Source: Shigella phage SFPH2. Taken from it: a stretch of DNA of 40,387 nucleotides. Shown one piece after another: positions 28,654 through 38,614 of this stretch. Both the position numbers and the translations under genes were made by a program. The notes beneath the pieces are model-generated. The model saw nothing but the letters and a program-made list of their open reading frames with translations. It was not told where the DNA came from and searched no databases. Positions within the stretch are counted from its first letter, which is position 1; every line of letters starts with the position of its first letter. The DNA is taken from the sequence record MH464253; one strand, written 5' to 3'.

Positions 28654-30712
28654 CTTCTGCTATCTCCTGAGTACGACATGCAATCTGCAATTCATCGTGA
28701 ATCCAAGCCATTAGCGCAAAGTCACCGTCCCATCCGTTACCATAGCCAGCCTCTTCAAGTTTCTTCTCAGTCAGTACCATCCAGTGCTTACATACCACCG
28801 CACCGTCACCCTGAAGTAAGGCGTTAAGTGCTGAGTGTGGAGACCGGATGTGGATACGTCTACCGTCCAGACCTTTAAGCCAGCGGCGTTTCCACTTCAC
28901 GATGTTCTCACCGTCTACCCACTTGGACTCGGAGATGAGCGTGTTTTGCACCGCCTCTCGCAGGTCCTTGATAGCTGGTGTACCCTCAATGAATTTCTTC
29001 ATCAGGGCGGAACCTTCCTTCTTACCACCGCCAACTATCAGCCCAATCTTCGCGGCCCCTGCACCATACAGGAACGCATAGATGAACGTCTTGGCGTTGT
29101 TACGGAAAGCATCGTGGTCGTGGTTAGACTTGTCGCGTGGGATGTTAGGTGCTAACCCGGCGTTGACCGCATTAGCCCAGTGGATGTCTCCATCGACCAC
29201 AGTCTTCGCATATTCACCACCATCGAACGGGGACGCACGGTTCCCCAGACAGCGGAGTTCAAGACCTGAGGCATCGACGCCCACCTGAATCCAAGGGTCA
29301 GGCTTACCAGCGTTCTGGTTCCACTTGGCACCGAAAGCGCTACGGCATATTTCACCCCAAGGAGCACCGTTAGCCGGGACCTGAGCCATGTTCGGGGAAC
29401 TGTGAGTCGCACGTCCGGTTACAGCACCACAGGGGTTAATCGACCCGTGCATCCTTCCGTCAGGACCCACAAGTCGAAGCCATGCGTTCTTACCTTCAGC
29501 CGCCTGACCAATGCGCTTCTGGACCACCAGATACTCACGGACCAGCTCTACGCAAGCCTGAGCTTCTGGGTCTGCCAGCTTAACGTGCTCCAGAGTTTCG
29601 TCATCACACTTAGGCTTCCCTGTATCCGTGAACTCAGTAGGCTCCCAGCCCCGGTCCATCAGAACCTTAGCTAAGTGGTCGCCACTACCCGGATTAAACT
29701 CAACGAAGGTAATCGGTGTGAACGGTGCGCCTTCCATCGTATCTCGTGAGTCTCGTTCGCAAGGCTCCAGACCTAAGCGCTGAGCTTTGTTCTTCGGCTT
29801 CTTGAAGATTGCCCCTACCTTCGGGTAGATGACTCGCGGGTATTTCGGCAGGTCTACCCCGGTTCGTGGGTGCTTGAAGAACTCTTTGCCACCCTTAGGT
29901 GAATACCAACTACCGAACGTCGACCGCAGCTTATCCAAAAGCTCAGCACGTTTGACTGATAGCTCACGATACAAGCCCTCGACTATCTCCGAGTTCATCG
30001 GGTAGCCGTTACGTTCCATCTTAGCGCATGTCCACGCAGCATCATGTTCGAGACGCAGTGCGTACACAGCCTCAAGTCCGGCCTCAGGAGACCCAAAGTA
30101 GAACTTGTCAGTCAGGAACTTCTTGAACAAGGCCAAAGTGACCACAACGTCTTGGACGTTATAGTCCAGCATCTCTTGGCTTGGGAATAACCACTCGTCA
30201 CCAGCCTTATATTCGATACCTTCTGCCTTGCACTTGGCAATGTAATCGGTCTTGTACTCACCCTTCATCTCACCGAGACGGTAGCCCCATGCTTCAAGAG
30301 ACTGTCGTCCCATCATCTTAGGGGGGAGACGACCAGCTTTCACAGCACCCATGTCCGAGAACTTAATGTTCGGGTACATCAGGCGGCCCATGACAAGTGT
30401 GTCAATCATCTTGTGCTTCGGGAAGTTGAAACGTTTACCGAAATACTTACGCTTCAGGATGTCAATAGCCGGGACGTCATAGTTAATCCCGTTATGGAAG
30501 ACCAGAAGCCCATGCGGCGTGGCTGCAATCTCTTCTACCTTCTGCACATACTCTTTGAAGCCGCCGACGATACCTACCATCGGAGCTACCCCATACTTCA
30601 GGGTCTCATTCGACTCGGCGTTAATCAGGACCCCACAGTGGAACTGAGAGACGGTATCAAGAAGACCGTTGGTCTCGATGTCCGAACCCCAGATATTCTG
30701 TAAGTCAATCAT
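28541..30712 (-). CDS. gp5: DNA polymerase (family A, T7 gp5-type)
   Basis: 723 aa; DIE.N.LL, FHNG..YDVPA, YNVQDVVVT, HPRTG..LPKYP, IFKKPKNKAQR, GVDASGLELRC, AKTFIYAFLYGAG, WIHDE.Q..CRT, ends TWKECH as T7 ends WAICH. Confidence 0.97.
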   Translation of the reverse strand: MIDLQNIWGSDIETNGLLDTVSQFHCGVLINAESNETLKYGVAPMVGIVGGFKEYVQKVEEIAATPHGLLVFHNGINYDVPAIDILKRKYFGKRFNFPKHKMIDTLVMGRLMYPNIKFSDMGAVKAGRLPPKMMGRQSLEAWGYRLGEMKGEYKTDYIAKCKAEGIEYKAGDEWLFPSQEMLDYNVQDVVVTLALFKKFLTDKFYFGSPEAGLEAVYALRLEHDAAWTCAKMERNGYPMNSEIVEGLYRELSVKRAELLDKLRSTFGSWYSPKGGKEFFKHPRTGVDLPKYPRVIYPKVGAIFKKPKNKAQRLGLEPCERDSRDTMEGAPFTPITFVEFNPGSGDHLAKVLMDRGWEPTEFTDTGKPKCDDETLEHVKLADPEAQACVELVREYLVVQKRIGQAAEGKNAWLRLVGPDGRMHGSINPCGAVTGRATHSSPNMAQVPANGAPWGEICRSAFGAKWNQNAGKPDPWIQVGVDASGLELRCLGNRASPFDGGEYAKTVVDGDIHWANAVNAGLAPNIPRDKSNHDHDAFRNNAKTFIYAFLYGAGAAKIGLIVGGGKKEGSALMKKFIEGTPAIKDLREAVQNTLISESKWVDGENIVKWKRRWLKGLDGRRIHIRSPHSALNALLQGDGAVVCKHWMVLTEKKLEEAGYGNGWDGDFALMAWIHDELQIACRTQEIAEDVVRIAQEAMREVGRFYNFKCELDTEGKIGPTWKECH

Positions 30713-30724
30713 AATGTCTCCTAT

Positions 30725-30768
30725 AGTCTAATCATAAAGGCCACTCGAAGTGAATGGCCTTGAGTCTA
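30725..30768 (-). promoter_or_regulatory. Conserved RNA hairpin E directly downstream of promoter (transcript 5' stem-loop / candidate RNase III site)
   Basis: GGCCAUUC-ACUUC-GAGUGGCC with G-U wobble, flanks AGACUCAAGG / CCUUUAUGAUUAG as in hairpins C and D. Confidence 0.5.
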
Positions 30769-30788
30769 TCCTACAGTGATAGTTAAGC
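30766..30788 (-). promoter_or_regulatory. Phage RNAP promoter variant upstream of DNA polymerase: CTTAACTATCACTGTAGGATAGA
   Basis: Consensus with one substitution (TGTAGG for TATAGG). Confidence 0.7.
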
Positions 30789-31316
30789 CTTAGGTGGAGT
30801 CATGTCCGGGACCAATGGCTCTATGGTCTCCATAGGTTCAACTACAGGACTCGCGCCAGATGATACGCGCACTTCTGGGTAGCTTTGTTCCATGCTACTG
30901 ACTGGAACCGCTGGTCCTTCAGGATGTTGCTCAACACTGTAGCTTCGTGGTGATACCACTTCGCCAGCGAAAGGTGATACTTGGACTTTAACTTCTCGCA
31001 CAACCTCTTTAACATCTTGGTGCTCCTCGAATGGGTAATAGGACAGAACGTCACCTTCCAGCTTGAACCCTACGAGGCCCATCTGGTCGAGACGCTGAGT
31101 GATTTGATACTTCGTGCTGTCAACCTCTTGGTCTCCCAAGTTGCCACGCAGCGTCCCAATGTCAATCGACCCTTGGACCATAGCCGTAGAGATGAACAGC
31201 AGCGCCCTGCCCAGAGTTCGACCAGTGCAGCGAGAGGTGAAGACTTCAAGGCCCTCCTTCGGGCCAAGCTCAAGTTGCAATTCGGTCAGGGTCTTACCGT
31301 TGATTAAGTTTCGCAT
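30783..31316 (-). CDS. Hypothetical protein (177 aa) between primase-helicase and DNA polymerase; Pro/Val/Ser-rich C-terminal tail
   Basis: ATG at 31316 (MRNLINGK) with AGGAGA SD; track start at 31382 is inside gene 4. Confidence 0.6.
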   Translation of the reverse strand: MRNLINGKTLTELQLELGPKEGLEVFTSRCTGRTLGRALLFISTAMVQGSIDIGTLRGNLGDQEVDSTKYQITQRLDQMGLVGFKLEGDVLSYYPFEEHQDVKEVVREVKVQVSPFAGEVVSPRSYSVEQHPEGPAVPVSSMEQSYPEVRVSSGASPVVEPMETIEPLVPDMTPPKA

Positions 31317-31360
31317 TATCCACTCTCCTCTTAAGTGCTGCTTCAAGCCTAGCCTCAGGA

Positions 31361-33067
<1,707 letters not shown>

Positions 33068-33114
33068 TCACTCCTTAGTCAATAGTGCGAACAAAGGGAC
33101 AAGACTCATGGTCT

Positions 33115-33137
33115 CATCCCTAAGGTGATAGTTTAGC
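33115..33137 (-). promoter_or_regulatory. Phage RNAP promoter variant upstream of primase-helicase: GCTAAACTATCACCTTAGGGATG
   Basis: Consensus with 2 substitutions; transcript starts with GGGAUGAGAC-CAUGA-GUCUUGUCCC stem-loop. Confidence 0.65.
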
Positions 33138-33345
33138 TGAAGAAGCCTTTCAGTTGCTCGGCTTTCTTGTCAAGACCTTTGGCACGTAGGCCAGCGTCCA
33201 GAGACTTGATGCGCAGACTATCCGCTTCCGCAGCAGCCGCTTCCGCACCTTTAGCCGCAGCAGATGCGACTTTTCGTTCCACACTCGCAGCACGAGCATA
33301 GCCACGCACAACCAGACGACCCAGAAATTCAATAAACTTAATCAT
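33133..33345 (-). CDS. Hypothetical protein (70 aa), Ala-rich
   Basis: ATG with AAGGAG SD 7 nt upstream, immediately after amidase gene. Confidence 0.55.
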   Translation of the reverse strand: MIKFIEFLGRLVVRGYARAASVERKVASAAAKGAEAAAAEADSLRIKSLDAGLRAKGLDKKAEQLKGFFS

Positions 33346-33359
33346 GTTAGTGCTCCTTG

Positions 33360-33818
33360 TTAGCCTCGGTCGGAAGTGACCAGTTCGTTAGTATTCAGCC
33401 AGCGCTGCAAGTCAAAACTTGGGCAAGCCTTTGGTGCTACATCGTGGTGGGCCTTGATGTCTGCCTGAGGGTACAGTGCCTTCAGTTCAGCCAGCTTGTT
33501 TCGTAGAGCGCTCATCTGAGCAGGAGTGAAGTTGGCTTCAAACTTGCCCTTGGCGTCAATTCCACCTACAAGGCAGACGCCTACTGACCGGGAGTTCCAG
33601 TCCTTAACGTGGGACCCTACTACATCGACCGGGCGGCCTTCTTCCACAGTGCCATCACGCTTGATGACGAAGTGATAGCCTACGTCCAGCCAGCCCTGCT
33701 GCTTGTGCCACATGCGGATAGTGTCTACCCCGATGTCCTGAGACGGTTTGGTCGCACTACAATGGACGAAGATTGCGTCAGTTACTGTACGCGGTTTGAA
33801 CTGAACCTTACTTACCAT
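33360..33818 (-). CDS. gp3.5: N-acetylmuramoyl-L-alanine amidase (T7 lysozyme, RNAP inhibitor)
   Basis: 152 aa; VQFK.R..TDAIFVHCSATKPSQ..GV..IR.WHK.QGWLDVGYHF.IKRDGTVE.GR, GVCLVGGID.KGKF.ANFTPAQM, HH.VAPKACPSFDL.RW...NELVTSDRG match T7 gp3.5. Confidence 0.97.
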   Translation of the reverse strand: MVSKVQFKPRTVTDAIFVHCSATKPSQDIGVDTIRMWHKQQGWLDVGYHFVIKRDGTVEEGRPVDVVGSHVKDWNSRSVGVCLVGGIDAKGKFEANFTPAQMSALRNKLAELKALYPQADIKAHHDVAPKACPSFDLQRWLNTNELVTSDRG

Positions 33819-34032
33819 TGTACACCACCAGCTCGACGATTACGAGATTCAGGTGAGACTTGAAGCGCTCGCTAACGGTCGTGTGCATCTGGAGGCGCTT
33901 ATGGTTGAAGACATGCGAGTTGCTAATCTTCACGTACACTTCGTCCGGTCGACCATGCACGATGAACGCGTAGCCCACCGGGATTTTATCAATGGTCAGT
34001 CGCTCGCGGACTACCTGCACTTCTTTAGTCAT
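33808..34032 (-). CDS. Hypothetical protein (74 aa) inserted between endonuclease I and amidase
   Basis: ATG overlapping gp3 stop with AAGGAG SD 7 nt upstream; no equivalent gene recalled in T7. Confidence 0.5.
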   Translation of the reverse strand: MTKEVQVVRERLTIDKIPVGYAFIVHGRPDEVYVKISNSHVFNHKRLQMHTTVSERFKSHLNLVIVELVVYNGK

Positions 34033-34481
34033 TTCTTAGCTCCTTTCTTCGGGATGAGTATACCTGAGGGCAGACGCACAGTCGCCTCTTTCAGCCACTC
34101 AACCGGGATAAACTTGTCGGCAAACTTAAAGCCGTTCTTTTCGCACCATGCGCCATACGTGGTCGGGGACCCTTTGTACAGCTTGGAGCGGGAGGACGAG
34201 AACACGAACCGGATGTCCAGCTCAGGGTGTTGCTCGCGCACCAGCATATGCTTCTTACGGTCCTCACTGTCGAAGATACCTTTGGTCTCGACGATGATTC
34301 CGTTCGGAAGGATGAAGTCTGGTGTGTACTTGTGGTCGGAAGCCGGAATCACATAGTTGATATAATGGCTTTCGTACTCCGCTTTGACGCCGTTCTGCTC
34401 CAGCCACTGCTGGTTCTTGGCCTCAAGTCCAGAGCGGTAGGCACCCACAGAGTGCCCCCGTTTTGGTGTCCATGCAGCCAC
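34029..34481 (-). CDS. gp3: Endonuclease I (Holliday-junction resolvase)
   Basis: 150 aa; FRSGLE, YVIPAS.H.YTPDF.LPNGI.VETKG, DRKKH.L.REQHPELDIR.VFSSSR.KLYKGSPT.YG..CEK.G.KFADK.IP.EW.KE match T7 gp3. Confidence 0.96.
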   Translation of the reverse strand: MAAWTPKRGHSVGAYRSGLEAKNQQWLEQNGVKAEYESHYINYVIPASDHKYTPDFILPNGIIVETKGIFDSEDRKKHMLVREQHPELDIRFVFSSSRSKLYKGSPTTYGAWCEKNGFKFADKFIPVEWLKEATVRLPSGILIPKKGAKK

Positions 34482-34483
34482 GA

Positions 34484-35182
34484 TTAGAAGTCGTAATCGC
34501 CACCGGACTCAGAGTCATCACCACCCTCGGCATCTTCACCGAAGTCGTCAGACCCGAAGTCACCGTCAGTAGACGCTTTGTAGCCACCGGAGCCGATGTC
34601 TTCATCGTCACCCCAGCCACCATCGCCACCAGTGCCATCGCCGGACCACTCTTTCAGTTCGACCAGCAGGCAGGACTCCAGTTGCAGCTTCACGCTAGCA
34701 CCAGTCGCAGCGTTCCACTTGAACGGCAGGACTTTGAACTTGACCTTCAGCTTAGACCCTGAGCCAATATTCGGGACGTCACGGATGAGTTTAGCATCGG
34801 TGTCGTAGAACCGTAATACGATAGGCTCGGACTTGCCGTCTTTCAAGTAGGACGCAAAGCATTTGAACTTCAGGGTAACAGTGCCGTCACCGTTCTCAAT
34901 CCACGGCATGTCGCCTTCACGTGGTTCGATAGGCTTCTTGCCACGCTGAACCTGAGGCGGGTTCTTCTCGTGGTCTGCGAGTGCTTTTGCATACGCATCG
35001 TCGTGAATCTTCTGCAAGACATCAATCATCTTGCGGACCTTCGGGTCGCTCAGGTCGAATGTCAGGTTGACTTTATGCTCACCGCGCTCGTTGTACTTGG
35101 TGTCTGCTTTGTTAAGCCATGCGTAAGGCTCAACGATACCAGCTACCGGAGTGGTGAAAGTCTTCAGTTGCTCTTTAGCCAT
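34484..35182 (-). CDS. gp2.5: Single-stranded DNA-binding protein
   Basis: 232 aa (same as T7 gp2.5); EPYA, ANPP.V.RGKKP..P.EGDMP...NGDGT.T.KFKC.AS, IGSGSKLKVK..L.P.KWN...GASVKLQLES..LVEL, acidic C-tail ending DF. Confidence 0.96.
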   Translation of the reverse strand: MAKEQLKTFTTPVAGIVEPYAWLNKADTKYNERGEHKVNLTFDLSDPKVRKMIDVLQKIHDDAYAKALADHEKNPPQVQRGKKPIEPREGDMPWIENGDGTVTLKFKCFASYLKDGKSEPIVLRFYDTDAKLIRDVPNIGSGSKLKVKFKVLPFKWNAATGASVKLQLESCLLVELKEWSGDGTGGDGGWGDDEDIGSGGYKASTDGDFGSDDFGEDAEGGDDSESGGDYDF

Positions 35183-35211
35183 CGGTGTAAATCTCCTAGT
35201 TAAAGTTAAGG

Positions 35212-35234
35212 TGTTCCTAAAGTGATAGTTTAGT
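35212..35234 (-). promoter_or_regulatory. Phage RNAP promoter variant (phi2.5 position): ACTAAACTATCACTTTAGGAACA
   Basis: Consensus with one substitution, overlapping gp2 stop, upstream of SSB. Confidence 0.7.
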
Positions 35235-35394
35235 CGTGCAGCTCAGGTCGGATGCGGCCTACCACGAAACCAGCATCTTCATACTCCTGAGACTTTAGGG
35301 TCGCCTCGTCCAGAGACTTGGCGTATACCGGGACCTCAAAGGACTGAACGCGACCCTCAAGCTCCACGATGTACTTCTTTTCTTCAAGGCTCAT
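35230..35394 (-). CDS. gp2: Inhibitor of host RNA polymerase (T7 gp2-like)
   Basis: [34 protein letters not shown] matches T7 gp2 [35 protein letters not shown]; ATG at 35394 preferred over track GTG at 35412. Confidence 0.85.
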   Translation of the reverse strand: MSLEEKKYIVELEGRVQSFEVPVYAKSLDEATLKSQEYEDAGFVVGRIRPELHD

Positions 35395-35472
35395 AGCCCT
35401 CTCCCCTTCCACAGGTTATACATTTCGAGATAGTCTGTGTTACCTGTCCTCTCGAACATCATCTCGCACCAT

Positions 35473-35780
35473 TCACTCGGAGTCATGACTACCAGCCTTA
35501 CTCTGAGCTACCATACGAGCACCGAAGAACTCGACTTTCTCTGCATCGTAAAGACCATCATCTTTAGCGCCAGCTTTACGCAGACCCAAGGTCCGCTGGG
35601 CGGCTCGACGCCATATTGCCTTGAACGCATTGCCTTCCGCGAAGTTCATACCAAGAGCTTCGATGATGTCGTTGCACTCAGCGATGTACTCAGGTCGACC
35701 GGGGGTAGTGGTGCTCTTTATGTGGACCTGATAGTAGTCAGCAGAACCGCCAGTGTAGATAGGCTGTTCATTTTAGTCAT
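35473..35780 (-). pseudogene. Apparent frameshifted gene: SD-ATG (35780) opens a 20-codon frame, while ~100 protein-like codons continue in the adjacent frame to TGA at 35473
   Basis: AAGGAGG 5 nt before ATG ACT AAA ATG...TAA; other frame reads NEQPIYTGGSADYYQVHIK...AIWRRAAQRTLGLRKAG...SHDSE; one extra A in the A4 run (plus 35771-35774) would fuse them. Confidence 0.4.
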
Positions 35781-36033
35781 TGACCACCTCCTTCACAAAC
35801 TCAATGAACAGACGAACGCGAGGCCACTTGGTGTAGACCACAGGTACGCTGGTCTCACGCTTCTGGCGAGCCTCTTCAGCTTTGCCCGGAGTAATCAGAG
35901 CGAAGACTGTAGGTGACAGCTTAATGGCCTTCCCGAAGTAGCCCAGCTTCTCGTTGCGCTTAATGCAAGCGAACGGGTTGTGGGACAGATGGAAGGTATT
36001 GGAATAACGGTTGAACATTAAGTTCTTAAACAT
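35773..36033 (-). CDS. Hypothetical protein (86 aa, gene 1.6 position)
   Basis: ATG with AAGGAGG SD 7 nt upstream. Confidence 0.65.
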   Translation of the reverse strand: MFKNLMFNRYSNTFHLSHNPFACIKRNEKLGYFGKAIKLSPTVFALITPGKAEEARQKRETSVPVVYTKWPRVRLFIEFVKEVVND

Positions 36034-36061
36034 GGTCGGCCTCCTTAGGTCGAAGTTATTG

Positions 36062-36084
36062 TTGTCCTATAGTGATAGCTTAGT
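36062..36084 (-). promoter_or_regulatory. Phage RNAP promoter (phi1.5/1.6 position): CTAAGCTATCACTATAGGACAAC
   Basis: Consensus match after ligase and early terminator. Confidence 0.8.
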
Positions 36085-36172
36085 CGTCTAGGCACTCCCC
36101 TACCAGCCACGTAAGGCCGTAGACCAGCAGGCATGACAACAAGAAAACTAATGTAATATAGAGCATAAGCAT
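36080..36172 (-). CDS. Small hydrophobic ORF (30 aa, gene 1.4 position)
   Basis: GGAGGA SD 8 nt before ATG; MLMLYITLVFLLSCLLVYGLTWLVGECLDD; below track cutoff. Confidence 0.35.
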   Translation of the reverse strand: MLMLYITLVFLLSCLLVYGLTWLVGECLDD

Positions 36173-36193
36173 GAGTATGGTCCTCCAGAATGC

Positions 36194-36224
36194 GAAAAGA
36201 CCCAGCAGTACGAAGACCACTGGG
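36194..36224 (-). terminator. Candidate intrinsic early terminator (TE position, after ligase)
   Basis: CCCAGUGG-ucuucgua-CUGCUGGG stem (with G-U pairs) followed by UCUUUUCG. Confidence 0.55.
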
Positions 36225-36235
36225 TTGACGTTTAG

Positions 36236-37276
36236 TTAACTCTTAACGGTTGGATTGTCTTCAGTTCCACGCCAGCACTTGAAGCTGGGATGACGAAGGG
36301 ATCCATCTGGGAACCGCTCCATGAAGAGGACTTCACACTGCCAGCCGTTGAAGAACTCCTCACCTTCTGGGTACTCTTTTACCGCTGCGGTGAACTCGTC
36401 CTTCTGTGTTTCAGTCAGACCACAGGCGTTAACCACCATGCCATCCTCCAGCAGAACCTCGAAGCCGATGACCTTACCTTCGTTGGCCTTACCCGGAGTC
36501 CCCCACACGAGGCCACACACGGTCCCGTCTACGGTCTCCTCAGGCTTCATCTTCCACATGCCTGACTTCTTGCCACGCTTGTACTTACCCAGCGGGTCCT
36601 TGACTACCAGACCCTCGTGTCCTTCCAGACGCTTCTCTTCGTACAGGGAGTTGAGCGACTCAAGGTCATAGACCGTGTGTGACTCAGACAGAACCCAGTC
36701 GATTTCCGGGAAGTATTTCTGGAGGAGAGGGACGATAGCTTCGGCCTTCAGGCGAGTGACGCTATGGATAGGACCTTCGGCTTTCGGGTCGTTGATGACG
36801 TTAAGGTCGATGACCCCGTAGACGATTACCTTGATGTGTTCTGGGTCCAGTCTGAATGGTGTAGTCTTTGACTTCAGGTCCCAGTCACCATCGTGGAAGT
36901 CGTAGTTCTTAGACTTGACGTACTTCGTTCGGATAAGACCGGATGATGTGTTGAAGTCCACACCCTTGACCATCACCTCGCCATCAATCATCAGGCCAGA
37001 TACTTCATGTCCTGCTTGCTTCAGGAACCATCGCCAGTCGGACGCACGGCACGCTCCGATGTCCTGACCAACTGTTGACAAATGGTCTAAGGCCGGAAGC
37101 GTCTTAGACTCACGGCTTAACCATTCAGTTCGCCCATCAGGGAAGACAGGAATATTCAACCGCACACCGTCATACTTCACTTCAGCTTCCAGCGACCCGG
37201 CAGCTTCCAGTGCTTTCTTAACGCCAGACTCAGAGTAATCTACAGCGCGGTGCGGGTTAGTTTTGATAGTTGTCAT
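36236..37276 (-). CDS. gp1.3: ATP-dependent DNA ligase
   Basis: 346 aa; IKTNP..AV...ES..KKAL, adenylation motif KYDGVR, MIDGEVMVKGVDFNTSSGL.RTK, FPEI.W, EGHEGLVVKDP...YKRGKKSG.WKMKPE, DGSLRHPSF match T7 ligase. Confidence 0.96.
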   Translation of the reverse strand: MTTIKTNPHRAVDYSESGVKKALEAAGSLEAEVKYDGVRLNIPVFPDGRTEWLSRESKTLPALDHLSTVGQDIGACRASDWRWFLKQAGHEVSGLMIDGEVMVKGVDFNTSSGLIRTKYVKSKNYDFHDGDWDLKSKTTPFRLDPEHIKVIVYGVIDLNVINDPKAEGPIHSVTRLKAEAIVPLLQKYFPEIDWVLSESHTVYDLESLNSLYEEKRLEGHEGLVVKDPLGKYKRGKKSGMWKMKPEETVDGTVCGLVWGTPGKANEGKVIGFEVLLEDGMVVNACGLTETQKDEFTAAVKEYPEGEEFFNGWQCEVLFMERFPDGSLRHPSFKCWRGTEDNPTVKS

Positions 37277-37293
37277 CGTTAATGTCTCCAGAA

Positions 37294-37581
37294 TTAAAGG
37301 AATCGACCAGTGTAGTCGTTGAACTGTTTGTTAAACCAAGTGGCAACCGCTACGGTCTGCACATCTTCGTCATGAATATTCGGGTACTCCGTGAAGTCCT
37401 TCTCGATGAGGACCTCTTTCGTATGGCTGTGGACTATAACCGCCCGGACGCAGTGCCTGTTCATCATTGGGTCGAACCAAGTGCTTACCACTGCGTTATA
37501 GTCGGTCTCGGACTGCCAGTTGTGAATAGCTCTGCGGAGGGTGTTCAGGTTTCCACTATGCGCTCTTGAGAACATGCCCAT
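37294..37581 (-). CDS. gp1.2: gp1.2-like protein (host dGTPase inhibitor in T7)
   Basis: 95 aa; SGNL, HDEDV and W..W features similar to recalled T7 gp1.2; synteny after gene 1.1. Confidence 0.7.
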   Translation of the reverse strand: MGMFSRAHSGNLNTLRRAIHNWQSETDYNAVVSTWFDPMMNRHCVRAVIVHSHTKEVLIEKDFTEYPNIHDEDVQTVAVATWFNKQFNDYTGRFL

Positions 37582-37584
37582 GTT

Positions 37585-37764
37585 TTACGCTCCTACGAAA
37601 TACTTCTCTTGGTTAACCAGCGAGTCTTTACCTTCAGCGTTACGGAAAGCACCCTTGACACCACCGCCACGCTTGGTCTTGTTCAGCTTGCGTCCCTTCG
37701 GAATGTAGCCTTCAGTCTGCTGACGTTCACGGATGCGCTCGAAGTTGATAGTGTTCTGATACAT
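37585..37764 (-). CDS. gp1.1: gp1.1-like small basic protein (59 aa)
   Basis: MYQNTINFERIRERQQTEGYIPKGRKLNKTKRGGG...; KGRKLNKTKR identical to T7 gp1.1 motif; AGGAG SD; below track cutoff. Confidence 0.75.
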   Translation of the reverse strand: MYQNTINFERIRERQQTEGYIPKGRKLNKTKRGGGVKGAFRNAEGKDSLVNQEKYFVGA

Positions 37765-37792
37765 GGTGTAGCTCCTGAGTGAATTGGTTAGG

Positions 37793-37838
37793 GTTAATCA
37801 TGAAGGCCACGACTTTGAGTCATGACCTTGAGTCTAAT
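37793..37838 (-). promoter_or_regulatory. Conserved RNA hairpin D (R1.1-position candidate RNase III site) at 5' end of phi1.1 transcript
   Basis: AAGGUCAUGACU-caa-AGUCGUGGCCUU: 12-bp stem with two G-U wobbles, 3-nt loop. Confidence 0.55.
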
Positions 37839-37857
37839 CCTATAGTGATAGTTTAGA
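37835..37857 (-). promoter_or_regulatory. Phage RNAP promoter (phi1.1 position): CTAAACTATCACTATAGGATTAG
   Basis: Consensus match upstream of gene 1.1, overlapping the stop of the 156-aa ORF. Confidence 0.85.
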
Positions 37858-38323
37858 TGACGACGCGAGGTCTTACCCGAACGAATGCCTGAAGCGCTCG
37901 CTCTCGTTCGGCCTCTTCTCCGTATACTTTAACTTGCTCATAGTCGTACTGGATTCGACCGTCGATGTCGCTAAGTCGATACTCAAAATCCTTCTGAGAG
38001 CCATCCGTGTGGTGCTGGTGGATAGTCAGCTCCCGCTCGGTCCGACTCGTGGTGAAGTGAGTCACTGTCTTGCCACATGGCCCCGGCCCGGTCTTGAACT
38101 CAGTCGGCTGATAGAGGCCATTGAACAGCGCCCTGAACTTCAGGCCTACCATACGCTTCACAGTCACAGGCTCTGGCGGCGTTAAGCGTCTGCGCTCGGA
38201 TTCAGCAAGTTTATCCTTCAGCCTCTCGTTGTCCTTGTCACGGACCTCTACGGCTCGCTCCAAGTATGCCGCCTTCATGCTCAACTCTTTGATTTGCGCT
38301 TTAAGTTTTGACTTACCGAACAT
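37853..38323 (-). CDS. Hypothetical protein (156 aa), predicted N-terminal coiled coil, inserted between gene 1 and phi1.1
   Basis: ATG with GAGG SD; KLKAQIKELSMKAAYLERAVEVRDKDNERLKDKLAESERRRL heptad-like N-terminus. Confidence 0.6.
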   Translation of the reverse strand: MFGKSKLKAQIKELSMKAAYLERAVEVRDKDNERLKDKLAESERRRLTPPEPVTVKRMVGLKFRALFNGLYQPTEFKTGPGPCGKTVTHFTTSRTERELTIHQHHTDGSQKDFEYRLSDIDGRIQYDYEQVKVYGEEAERERALQAFVRVRPRVVI

Positions 38324-38401
38324 ATGGTTAACCTCTTCTGCGTTGAATTAAAGTGTACACTGCTAAGAAGGCCAGCCATAAGGCCAGCCACTGAAGGTCC
38401 G

Positions 38402-38602
38402 TCATTTCGTCACAGCCTCGGTCAAGGCCTGTTCGTGTGACTTCTCAACCTGCTGCACCAGCCATTTGAATGGGACGTTAAGCTGCTTTGACATCTCGGT
38501 TGGAATGACCGTGGTCTTTACCAGACCCTTGCCATTATGTTCGGCCACGGTCACGATTTGAGTACCGCCTTTAACGCCAGTTTGCTTGTGTGCGAATTTC
38601 AT
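38402..38602 (-). CDS. Hypothetical protein (66 aa) immediately after RNAP
   Basis: ATG-start ORF 10 nt after RNAP stop. Confidence 0.55.
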   Translation of the reverse strand: MKFAHKQTGVKGGTQIVTVAEHNGKGLVKTTVIPTEMSKQLNVPFKWLVQQVEKSHEQALTEAVTK

Positions 38603-38614
38603 GTAGGTGCCTCC

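Noticed and set aside
33150-33332. 60-aa ORF in a second frame over the 70-aa gene
   Set aside because: Overlaps a better-supported ORF that has a strong SD; no start signal of its own.
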